Positions 9,255 to 16,966 of a stretch of 32,000 bases of DNA are shown here, in pieces. Made by a program: the position numbers and the translations under genes. The stretch covers positions 930,001 to 962,000 of the forward strand of contig NC_010296.1 of NCBI RefSeq assembly GCF_000010625.1, in the 5' to 3' direction. The stretch is from Microcystis aeruginosa NIES-843 (GTDB lineage: Bacteria > Cyanobacteriota > Cyanobacteriia > Cyanobacteriales > Microcystaceae). How positions within the stretch are numbered: position 1 is the first letter of the stretch; each line of letters begins with the position of its first letter. The notes beneath the pieces are model-generated. The model searched no databases. It was not told where the DNA came from and saw nothing but the letters and a program-made list of their open reading frames with translations.

Positions 9255-10190
9255 ATGAAAGTATTAATTACTGGTGCGAGTGGTTTTGTTGGTTCCCATG
9301 TAGCAAGGCTTTTAGTAGCCGAAGGGTGTGAGGTACACGTGCTTGTGCGAGAAAGCAGCAACCGATGGCGAATTCAAGATATTCTGCCATCAATGTATTT
9401 ATGGCAATCTGACTTAGTAGCATTTGAAAACGTGAATACTTATTTGCAGGAAATCAAACCTGAATTGTGCATTCACTTAGCTTGGTATGCAGTGCCGGGT
9501 AAATACCTAAATTCTCAAGAAAACCTTGATTCAATTCAGGCGAGCATCAATCTTCTCTCTCAATTAGCCGAACTGGGTTGTAAGCGGTTTGTGGGTATAG
9601 GGACTTGTTTTGAGTATGATTTAAGTCTGGGATATTTATCTGAATCCAGTTTGACAAAACCCATAACCTTATATGCAGCCACCAAGGTCGCACTTTCCAC
9701 TATTTTGCAGCAATTTGCCCAGATAACCGAAATGGAGGTAGCTTGGATTCGCCTATTTTATCAGTATGGACCAATGGAGGATGAGCGACGATTAATCCCT
9801 GGGATTATTTCTTCACTGCTGCGGGATGAAGTGGTGAAAACAACTAAAGGTGAGCAAATTCGAGATTTTCTTCATATTGAGGATGTAGCCTCGGCAATTT
9901 GGGCAGTTGCTAAGAGCAACGTTTCAGGTGTAGTTAATGTTGGTTCTGGTCAACCTGTAACCGTTGGACAAATAGCACTTGAACTTGGTAATTTATTAGG
10001 TAAACCTGATTTAATTCATCTGGGTGCTTTACCTTACCGTCCCAATGATCCCATGTTTATTTGTGCTAATAATGAGTTGCTGAGAAAAAAGACTGATTGG
10101 ACACAAAAATATAATTTAACGACGGGATTAAAAAATACAATTAAATGGTATAAAGACCATTTAAACATAAATAAAATTGAGGAAATTTAA
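9255..10190 (+). CDS. NAD(P)-dependent epimerase/dehydratase-family SDR (likely 4-ketoreductase)
   Basis: MKVLITGASGFVGSHVARLL (GxxGxxG) and YAATK (YxxxK). 311 aa. Follows the epimerase by 24 nt. Confidence 0.8.
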   Translation: MKVLITGASGFVGSHVARLLVAEGCEVHVLVRESSNRWRIQDILPSMYLWQSDLVAFENVNTYLQEIKPELCIHLAWYAVPGKYLNSQENLDSIQASINLLSQLAELGCKRFVGIGTCFEYDLSLGYLSESSLTKPITLYAATKVALSTILQQFAQITEMEVAWIRLFYQYGPMEDERRLIPGIISSLLRDEVVKTTKGEQIRDFLHIEDVASAIWAVAKSNVSGVVNVGSGQPVTVGQIALELGNLLGKPDLIHLGALPYRPNDPMFICANNELLRKKTDWTQKYNLTTGLKNTIKWYKDHLNINKIEEI

Positions 10191-10191
10191 G

Positions 10192-11133
10192 ATGATTAAA
10201 AAATTAATTAGTGTTGTTACTCCTTGCTACAATGAACAAGATAATGTTGAGTTTTTATATACTGAGGTCAAAGATATTTTTGCAAGATTAGGAAAATATG
10301 AATACGAGCATATTTTTATCGATAATGACTCTCAAGATAAAACAGTCAGTATATTAGAGAAAATCTCTCAAAGCGACTCTAGAGTCAAAATTATCATTAA
10401 CGCTAGGAATTTTGGCTTTGTTCGTTCTACCTATTACGGACTCTTACAAGGAACTGGAGATGCGGTTATTTTAGTCTTCGCCGATTGTCAAGATCCTCCC
10501 GAACTAATCGTCGATTTTTTAGAAAAATGGGAGGAAGGCTATCAAGTTGTTAAAGGAATTAAAAGCTCGAGTCAAGAGAATTCTTTGGTCTATAGTATAA
10601 GAAGATTTTATTATTTTTTAGTTAGGACTCTATCAGAAGAGATTGACTTAACTGCTAATTTTACGGGCTTCGGTTTATATGATCACAAAGTGATAGAAGC
10701 ATTGCGTTTGATCGATGATCCTTATCCCTACTTAAAGGGTCTTATTTCAGAAGTCGGTTTTAAGAGTGCTAAAATCGAGTATGATCAGAAAGTCCGAAAA
10801 CGAGGTAAGAGTAGTTTCAATTTTTATCGAATGTACGATCTGGCAATGCTGGGTATCACTACCTATTCTAATTTTCCGCTAAGATTGGCGACAATGATCG
10901 GGTTTGCTCTATCTCTAGTGAGTTTTCTGGTCGGTCTGGGGACTTTGATTTTGAAGCTTCTGTTTTGGAACCTTTTCCCTATAGGGATAGCGGCAATCAT
11001 TATCGGATTGTTTCTTTTTTCTTCTGTACAATTATTTTTTATAGGTATTTTAGGAGAATATATTGGTTTGATAAATAGACGAAGCTTAAAAAGACCTCTA
11101 GTGGTAGAGAGAGCGCGAGTCAACTTTGATTAA
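10192..11133 (+). CDS. GT2 polyprenyl-phosphate glycosyltransferase (GtrB / ArnC / DPM1-like)
   Basis: ISVVTPCYNE, FIDNDSQDKT, ADCQDPPE and two C-terminal TM helices followed by IGILGEYIG. Start taken at ATG 10192, preceded by GAGGA. Paralog of 21801-22733. Confidence 0.85.
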   Translation: MIKKLISVVTPCYNEQDNVEFLYTEVKDIFARLGKYEYEHIFIDNDSQDKTVSILEKISQSDSRVKIIINARNFGFVRSTYYGLLQGTGDAVILVFADCQDPPELIVDFLEKWEEGYQVVKGIKSSSQENSLVYSIRRFYYFLVRTLSEEIDLTANFTGFGLYDHKVIEALRLIDDPYPYLKGLISEVGFKSAKIEYDQKVRKRGKSSFNFYRMYDLAMLGITTYSNFPLRLATMIGFALSLVSFLVGLGTLILKLLFWNLFPIGIAAIIIGLFLFSSVQLFFIGILGEYIGLINRRSLKRPLVVERARVNFD

Positions 11134-11196
11134 GAGTTACCTAGCGATGTTCTTTAATCTAAATTGTAAAAGACAATAAATAAAGAGGAAAATAAA

Positions 11197-13344
11197 ATGT
11201 ATCAAATGAATAAAACTGCGATTGATCAATGGTTCAAAGGAGTAGGGGCGTTCCTACTTATTATTATTGATGTAGATTATCTTCTTACCACAAGATTTGG
11301 CAGATTGAAAGGAAATGAAAGGTATGAAGCAATGTGGTATCTATTCGTTTTAATTTCTATTATTGTCTTACCTACTATTTTTGGTAAAGTTTTGAACTAT
11401 TTTAGTTCTATTTTATCAAAAATAATCAATAATTGGCAAGTGACAAATCAAAGTCGTAATCTTGAGTTTTTAATTTCGTGGGGACTTGGTCTTGTTTTCA
11501 ACACGATAGCAATTCAAAAGCTCTTTACCCAAGGAACTGCTGAAAGTCTCAGATTATTATATGTGGAACCTGAGATGTCATACAATTACGATAAACTGAC
11601 AACTTATTTATCAAGCTTGAATTTTTTGGTGCTAATTCCAGCCGCATTAATTTTAACAGTTATTTTATTTTTTCTCTTATACTTATTTTCCCTTCGTAAA
11701 TTTTTGAGAACATTATTGATTGAGAATATAGTTTTTATTGGCGTTTTAGTAACGGTGACATCAGTTGCTTGGAGTCTGGTTTATACTAATCCATCGAACT
11801 TCCATTTTAATGTGGTTCTCTTTCCATTGGCGGCCATTAATAGTGATTCCCCTTTTATTCCCCTTGTTGATGATGGGTTTAAAAGTTTATATGGCGGATA
11901 TTATCTTTGGCTTGGCCTACTATCACGATTAATGGGAAATAATCTATTGTCTATCAAAATTGTTGTATGTAGTTTGATTGCTCTTCAGATTCTTCTTTAC
12001 TATTTAATAACTAAGGCTATCTACAAAAATCCGTTGCTCAGAATTTTGGTATTTATTAGCTGCCTGTTTTGGAGTTATCTTTATGGTAGGGTAGTACGCC
12101 AAGATTTATACTTTCAATATTTTCCTTTAAGAACTTTATTTCCTTGTCTTTTGCTGGTTACTTTGTTGTATATATCTGAAAGAAAATTTCTCGATAAAGC
12201 TACTCTTTCCATTGGATTTTTAACAATTAACTTACAAGATGTGCTTCTAGATTTTATAGTGGCAATGGCTCTATTAAGTAATTTTGATTCTGGTGTAGTT
12301 GTCTTGATTATGTATTTCTTTATCTACATTTGGAATGAGTTTAAAATAGATGGGTTTAGCGCAAAAAACATGATTAAAAAATTAACGGTATTTAGTATAA
12401 ATCTTATCATGATCATTTTCATAATTATTTTTGGCTTTAGAATTATTGCTGGAGAATTTATAAATTTTTCCAATTATACGGGTTCTACTCTTAAATTTGG
12501 CTCTGGCTTTTATGGTTTGCCTTTTACAGATAATATATGGATGATATTTATGGTTGTTTACGGTTTTAACATCATACAATCTTTTCAGAGTCCTATCGAG
12601 GATAAAAGTGCTAAGTATCGTTTTGTAATTGCCATCTGGGGAATAGTTAGCCTCTTTTATTTTGTCAATAGAAGTCATCCTTGGAATTTGTTAGGTGTAT
12701 CACTTCCCTTCTTTCTTTCCTATGGTTGTTTGATTGATTATGCCTTTAGTTCTTATCGAAAAAAAATGTCTGAATCTGAACCAGAATTGATGCAGAATAA
12801 AATGACATTTAGGGAGTTTTTGCCAATCCTATTGCCCAATTCGTTTGATTTATTAAGACTCTCCCTGGTCAGTGTATTAGTCATGCCCTTTATTATTATG
12901 TCCCTAATCGCTTGTGTAAAATTTATTCCCTTAACGATATCCCATTTTCAAAGCCCTAAAAGCTATTCGCAAATGTCTGCTTTAGCGAGCTTGTCTGAGA
13001 GAGTGGCTACATTAGAAAAGCAATTAAACCGTCCATCAATTCTAATTTCTGATCGGGTTGAATCCTATTATTATCTTCACAAAAACAGAAAAGTATTGTT
13101 TTATCCCGAGATAGCTTCTATTTTCCCTGGGGACAATTCTTTTCAGCCCCGTTTTCTTGATACTCTCAATAAATTCAATCCAATTGTCACCCTATGTCCC
13201 ATGAGACATCCAGGTCTCATAAAAGCAAATTATCATGGCACTTTTTTACAATTACTCTATGAGAATAATTACAAACTTGTAGAGTCAGGGAAAAACATAG
13301 ATGACCGTATCCTGAAAAATTGTAAGATTTACATAAAAGATTAG
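11197..13344 (+). CDS. large polytopic membrane protein, unknown function (candidate GT-C-type glycosyltransferase)
   Basis: 715-aa ORF preceded by AGAGGA. At least a dozen hydrophobic segments. A DVD triplet follows the first TM (LLIIIDVDYLL). Very AT-rich: for example, the 60-nt line at 12361 has 13 G+C, versus 26 in the line at 7561. It lies directly downstream of a GtrB-like gene. The family assignment is inference only. Confidence 0.55.
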   Translation: MYQMNKTAIDQWFKGVGAFLLIIIDVDYLLTTRFGRLKGNERYEAMWYLFVLISIIVLPTIFGKVLNYFSSILSKIINNWQVTNQSRNLEFLISWGLGLVFNTIAIQKLFTQGTAESLRLLYVEPEMSYNYDKLTTYLSSLNFLVLIPAALILTVILFFLLYLFSLRKFLRTLLIENIVFIGVLVTVTSVAWSLVYTNPSNFHFNVVLFPLAAINSDSPFIPLVDDGFKSLYGGYYLWLGLLSRLMGNNLLSIKIVVCSLIALQILLYYLITKAIYKNPLLRILVFISCLFWSYLYGRVVRQDLYFQYFPLRTLFPCLLLVTLLYISERKFLDKATLSIGFLTINLQDVLLDFIVAMALLSNFDSGVVVLIMYFFIYIWNEFKIDGFSAKNMIKKLTVFSINLIMIIFIIIFGFRIIAGEFINFSNYTGSTLKFGSGFYGLPFTDNIWMIFMVVYGFNIIQSFQSPIEDKSAKYRFVIAIWGIVSLFYFVNRSHPWNLLGVSLPFFLSYGCLIDYAFSSYRKKMSESEPELMQNKMTFREFLPILLPNSFDLLRLSLVSVLVMPFIIMSLIACVKFIPLTISHFQSPKSYSQMSALASLSERVATLEKQLNRPSILISDRVESYYYLHKNRKVLFYPEIASIFPGDNSFQPRFLDTLNKFNPIVTLCPMRHPGLIKANYHGTFLQLLYENNYKLVESGKNIDDRILKNCKIYIKD

Positions 13345-13385
13345 AACTGTAATAGAGTCAGAGAATCTTGACAAAATCCCATAAC

Positions 13386-13436
13386 CTAAAACGAGCCGAG
13401 CGCTTGGCAACACAATTGCGATCGCAATTGTGTTGA
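13386..13436 (+). pseudogene. stump of a Uma2-type C-terminal tail (...KRAERLATQLRSQLC*)
   Basis: CGAGCCGAGCGCTTGGCA matches the alpha-tail coding sequence CGAGCCGAACGCTTGGCA of the downstream paralogs at 17/18 bases. No gene body lies upstream. Confidence 0.45.
13408..13435. repeat. perfect 28-bp palindrome centred on HIP1
   Basis: CAACACAATTGCGATCGCAATTGTGTTG equals its own reverse complement. It sits at the left edge of the Uma2 array. Confidence 0.95.
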
Positions 13437-13492
13437 CATTAATGATAGTTTATGATAAGAAAGTGGCATCAGTTGTTCACCCCAACCAACCA

Positions 13493-14233
13493 ATGGCTCA
13501 AGAAACCCTCCTAATTGCAGCTAACCCACTGGGGATCAAGCTACCACCGACCCAAGATGAACTACCTTCTGATGATGGTATTCCCATGGAAACCCAGCGA
13601 CACGGACTGCAAATGCAGTTATTAGTCAGACCTCTCTCCCAGTGGTTAAAAACCCAAGGACGGGAAGCGTTTGTCGGAGGCAATATGTTTGTTTACTTTA
13701 GCCCCAATCAAGTGCGTAACGAGGATTATCGCGGGCCTGATGTATTTGTCGTTGTGGACGTGCCTCGAAAAGAACGGAAAAGCTGGGTCGTCTGGGAAGA
13801 AGAAAAAGCTCCTGATGTGGTGATTGAGTTGCTCTCTGAGAGTACAGCCAAAAAAGATAAAGAAGAGAAAAAGCTTATCTATCAGAATCGTTTGCGGGTG
13901 ACAGAATACTTTTGGTATGATCCCTTTGACCCAGAAGATTTAGCGGGACATCGCTTAGAAGGGGGTGTTTATAAATCTTTAAAACCAGATGCTCAAGGCA
14001 GGTTCAGCAGCGAAATATTAGGGCTAGTGTTAGTGCGGTGGCAGGGAATTTATGGGGATGAACAAGAGCCGATTACTTGGCTGCGTTGGGCAACAGCAGA
14101 GGGGCAATTGCTCCCCACCATAGAGGAGTTGGCCGAGCAGGAAAAGCAACGGGCTGAACAGGAAAAGCAACGGGCTGAACGCTTGGCAGCAAAATTAAGA
14201 GCGCTAGGAGTTGAAGTTGATGATAGTGTATGA
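13493..14233 (+). CDS. Uma2 (DUF820) family putative endonuclease, divergent member G1
   Basis: LPSDDGIPMETQRH...GGNMFVYF...RGPDVFVVVDVP...APDVVIELLSEST...K...EYFWYDP is the typical Uma2 PD-(D/E)xK layout. The tail is EQEKQRA x2 plus RLAAKLRALGVEVDDSV. ATG 13493 is preferred over the TTG at 13430, which lies inside the palindrome. Confidence 0.8.
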   Translation: MAQETLLIAANPLGIKLPPTQDELPSDDGIPMETQRHGLQMQLLVRPLSQWLKTQGREAFVGGNMFVYFSPNQVRNEDYRGPDVFVVVDVPRKERKSWVVWEEEKAPDVVIELLSESTAKKDKEEKKLIYQNRLRVTEYFWYDPFDPEDLAGHRLEGGVYKSLKPDAQGRFSSEILGLVLVRWQGIYGDEQEPITWLRWATAEGQLLPTIEELAEQEKQRAEQEKQRAERLAAKLRALGVEVDDSV

Positions 14234-14247
14234 ACTAATTGCAGGCA

Positions 14248-14275
14248 TTGTCCACCTAGATGTCTATTTTATAAT
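14248..14275 (+). promoter_or_regulatory. candidate sigma70-type promoter in long spacer (copy 1)
   Basis: TTGTCC (14248-14253), 16-nt spacer, TATAAT (14270-14275), about 75 nt upstream of the G2 ATG. The same elements recur in the two other long spacers. Confidence 0.4.
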
Positions 14276-14348
14276 TAATTTAATGCACCTACTTAGTTGC
14301 GGGCAGTTTATGAGAGCTTATTAAATATAGGAAGGACTGTTTACGACA

Positions 14349-15077
14349 ATGACACCATCTGCTATTAATTTGTTCAAAAAATCACCGCCAATCACCTGGG
14401 AAAAACTGCCAGATGATTTTATTCTACCTGACGAACCTGTGGACAACAACTTGCAACCCCTATTAGCAGCAGCTTTACGGGAATCCCTAGAATTAGCAGG
14501 ACTAATTCTAGAATCGATGCTAATTGCCTCTAATTTTGGCTTGTGTGCTACCGTTAAAACTCAAACTGTTGTCAAAGCACCTGATTGGGTTTATATTCCC
14601 TCAGTAAAACCCATTGCTAGTGGAGAAATTCGGCGCAGTTATACTCCCCATCTTGAAGGAGAAATTCCTACCATCGTCCTAGAGTTTATCTCGGAAACCG
14701 AAGGGGGTGAATATTCCATCAACCCTCACTATCCCTATGGAAAATGGTATTTTTATGAGCAAATCTTACAAGTACCTGTCTATGGAATTTTTCAGCCAAA
14801 AACTGGAGAATTAGATGTTTATTGTTTAGTTGCAGGAAAGTATGAGCAGCAGTTGCCAGATGAGAATAATCGTTACTGGATAAAAGAACTTAACTTGTTT
14901 ATCGGTATCTGGCAGGGAACCAAAGCTGAATTTACTACTAATTGGTTGCGCTGGTGGGATAAGTCGGGAAATTTGCTATTATGGGGGAGTGAGTTAGTAG
15001 AGCAAGAAAGGCAACGAGCCGAACGCTTGGCAGCAAAATTAAGAGCGCTAGGAGTTGAAGTTGATGATAGTGTATGA
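14349..15077 (+). CDS. Uma2-family paralog G2 (N-term A, core X, 1 heptad, tail alpha)
   Basis: ITWEKLPDDFILPDEP...KAPDWVYIPSV...IRRSYTPHLEGEIPTIVLEFISETEGGEY...GKWYFYEQILQVPVYGIFQP...WLRWWDKSGNLLLWGSE is the cyanobacterial Uma2-subfamily pattern. 242 aa. Confidence 0.8.
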   Translation: MTPSAINLFKKSPPITWEKLPDDFILPDEPVDNNLQPLLAAALRESLELAGLILESMLIASNFGLCATVKTQTVVKAPDWVYIPSVKPIASGEIRRSYTPHLEGEIPTIVLEFISETEGGEYSINPHYPYGKWYFYEQILQVPVYGIFQPKTGELDVYCLVAGKYEQQLPDENNRYWIKELNLFIGIWQGTKAEFTTNWLRWWDKSGNLLLWGSELVEQERQRAERLAAKLRALGVEVDDSV

Positions 15078-15091
15078 ACTAATTGCAGGCA

Positions 15092-15119
15092 TTGTCCACC
15101 TAGATGTCTATTTTATAAT
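15092..15119 (+). promoter_or_regulatory. candidate sigma70-type promoter in long spacer (copy 2)
   Basis: TTGTCC (15092-15097), 16-nt spacer, TATAAT (15114-15119). Confidence 0.4.
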
Positions 15120-15193
15120 TAATTTAATGCACCTACTTAGTTGCGGGCAGTTTATGAGAGCTTATTAAATATTAGGAAGGACTGTTTACGACA

Positions 15194-16045
15194 ATGACAC
15201 CATCTGCTATTGATTTACCGACAAAATCAACGATAATCACCTGGGAAAAACTGCCCGATGATTTTATTCTACCTGACGAACCTGTGGACAACAACTTGCA
15301 ACCCCTATTAGCAGCAGCTTTACGAGAATCTCTAGAATTAGCAGGACTAATTCTAGAATCGATGCTAATTGCCTCTAATTTTGGCTTGTGTGCTACCGTT
15401 AAAACTCAAACTGTTGTCAAAGCACCTGATTGGGTTTATATTCCCTCAGTAAAACCGATTGCTAGTGGAGAAATTCGGCGCAGTTACACTCCCCACCTCC
15501 AAGGAGAAATTCCTACCATCGTCCTAGAGTTTATCTCGGAAACCGAAGGGGGTGAGTATTCCATCAATCCTCACTATCCCTATGGAAAATGGTATTTTTA
15601 CGAGCAAATCTTACAAGTACCTGTCTATGGAATATTTCAGCCAAAAACCGGAGAATTAGAAATTTATTGTTTAGTGGCAGGAAAGTATGAGCAGCAGTTG
15701 CCAGATGAGAATAATCGTTACTGGATAAAAGAACTTAACTTGTTTATCGGTATCTGGCAAGGAACCAAAGCTGAATTTACTACTAATTGGTTGCGCTGGT
15801 GGGATAAGTCGGGAAATTTGCTATTATGGGGGAGTGAGTTAGTAGAGCAGGAAAAGCAACGAGCCGAGCAAGAGCGTCAACGAGCCGAACAGGAAAAGCA
15901 ACGAGCCGAGCAAGAGCGGCAACGAACCGAGCAAGAGCGTCAACGAGCCGAACAAGCTGAGTTAGAACTTGAGCAAGAACGAATTTCTCGCCAACGTTTG
16001 GTGCAAAAGTTAAAAGAGTTGGGAGTTAATCCTGAAAATCTATAG
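15194..16045 (+). CDS. Uma2-family paralog G3 (N-term A, core X, 5 heptads, tail beta)
   Basis: Core is near-identical to G2. The tail is EQEKQRA EQERQRA EQEKQRA EQERQRT EQERQRA followed by AELELEQERISRQRLVQKLKELGVNPENL. 283 aa. Confidence 0.8.
   Translation: MTPSAIDLPTKSTIITWEKLPDDFILPDEPVDNNLQPLLAAALRESLELAGLILESMLIASNFGLCATVKTQTVVKAPDWVYIPSVKPIASGEIRRSYTPHLQGEIPTIVLEFISETEGGEYSINPHYPYGKWYFYEQILQVPVYGIFQPKTGELEIYCLVAGKYEQQLPDENNRYWIKELNLFIGIWQGTKAEFTTNWLRWWDKSGNLLLWGSELVEQEKQRAEQERQRAEQEKQRAEQERQRTEQERQRAEQAELELEQERISRQRLVQKLKELGVNPENL
15845..15949 (+). repeat. five tandem 21-bp coding repeats (EQE[KR]QR[AT] heptads)
   Basis: GAGCAGGAAAAGCAACGAGCC and GAGCAAGAGCGTCAACGAGCC units alternate. 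Copy number differs among paralogs: 14135-14176 x2, 15000-15020 x1, 16731-16793 x3, 17618-17659 x2, none in G6. Confidence 0.9.
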
Positions 16046-16079
16046 CCCATTTTAGATATTTGAATTAGTGAAATTACTT

Positions 16080-16850
16080 ATGACAGCCATGCAACTACTT
16101 CAGTCAAACCCCTTACCAACTATTACCTGGGAAAAACTGCCAGATGATTTTATTCTACCTGACGAACCTGTGGACAACAACCTGCAACCCCTATTAGCAG
16201 CCGCTTTACGAGAATCGTTAGAATTAGCAGGACTAATTCTGGAATCGATGCTAATTGCCTCTAATTTTGGCTTGTGTGCTACCGTTAAAACTCAAACAGT
16301 TGTCAAAGCACCTGATTGGGTTTATATTCCCTCGGTAAAACCGATTCCTAGCGGAAAAATTCGGCGCAGTTATACTCCCCATCTTGAAGGAGAAATTCCT
16401 ACCATCGTCCTAGAGTTTATCTCGGAAACCGAAGGGGGTGAGTATTCCATCAATCCTCACTATCCCTATGGAAAATGGTATTTTTACGAGCAAATCTTAC
16501 AAGTACCTGTCTATGGAATATTTCAGCCAAAAACCGGAGAATTAGAAATTTATTGTTTAGTGGCAGGAAAGTATGAGCAGCAGTTGCCAGATGAGAATAA
16601 TCGTTACTGGATAAAAGAACTTAACTTGTTTATCGGTATCTGGCAAGGAACCAAAGCTGAATTTACTACTAATTGGTTGCGCTGGTGGGATAAGTCGGGA
16701 AATTTGCTATTATGGGGGAGTGAGTTAGTAGAGCAGGAAAAGCAACGAGCCGAGCAAGAGCGTCAACGAGCCGAACAGGAAAAGCAACGAGCCGAACGCT
16801 TGGCAGCAAAATTAAGAGCGCTAGGAGTTGAAGTTGATGATAGTGTATGA
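16080..16850 (+). CDS. Uma2-family paralog G4 (N-term B, core X, 3 heptads, tail alpha)
   Basis: MTAMQLLQSNPLPTITWEKLP... followed by the shared core. The track ORF starts at GTG 16068; ATG 16080 is used here and the start is uncertain. Only 34 nt separate it from the G3 stop. Confidence 0.75.
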   Translation: MTAMQLLQSNPLPTITWEKLPDDFILPDEPVDNNLQPLLAAALRESLELAGLILESMLIASNFGLCATVKTQTVVKAPDWVYIPSVKPIPSGKIRRSYTPHLEGEIPTIVLEFISETEGGEYSINPHYPYGKWYFYEQILQVPVYGIFQPKTGELEIYCLVAGKYEQQLPDENNRYWIKELNLFIGIWQGTKAEFTTNWLRWWDKSGNLLLWGSELVEQEKQRAEQERQRAEQEKQRAERLAAKLRALGVEVDDSV

Positions 16851-16864
16851 ACTAATTGCAGGCA

Positions 16865-16892
16865 TTGTCCACCTACAGGTCTATTTTATAAT
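16865..16892 (+). promoter_or_regulatory. candidate sigma70-type promoter in long spacer (copy 3)
   Basis: TTGTCC (16865-16870), 16-nt spacer, TATAAT (16887-16892). Confidence 0.4.
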
Positions 16893-16966
16893 TAATTTAA
16901 TGCACCTACTTAGTTGCGGGCAGTTTATGAGAGCTTATTAAATATTAGGAAGGACTGTTGACGACA

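Larger units (their letters stand above)
15078..16850 (+). repeat. two-gene tandem unit 1 (long spacer + G3 + short spacer + G4)
   Basis: Collinear with 16851-18536. The G3-to-G5 start distance is 1773 bp and the G4-to-G6 distance is 1710 bp. The 63-bp difference equals three 21-bp repeats. Confidence 0.85.

Noticed and set aside
12382-12678. 98-aa antisense ORF inside the 715-aa membrane gene; also 10863-11123 inside the GT2 gene
   Set aside because: AT-rich sequence yields long spurious antisense frames. The composition is Lys/Ile/Asn-rich with no signal features.
13433-13462. TTGACA at 13433-13438 with TATGAT downstream, considered as a promoter for G1
   Set aside because: The spacing between the hexamers is only about 12 nt, too short for a sigma70-type promoter. 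The TTGACA is part of the palindrome arm.
14234-16966. Regularly spaced identical ~115-bp spacers, considered as a CRISPR-like array
   Set aside because: The period is about 850-1770 bp and the intervening units are protein-coding paralogs. There are no short repeat-spacer units and no cas genes.
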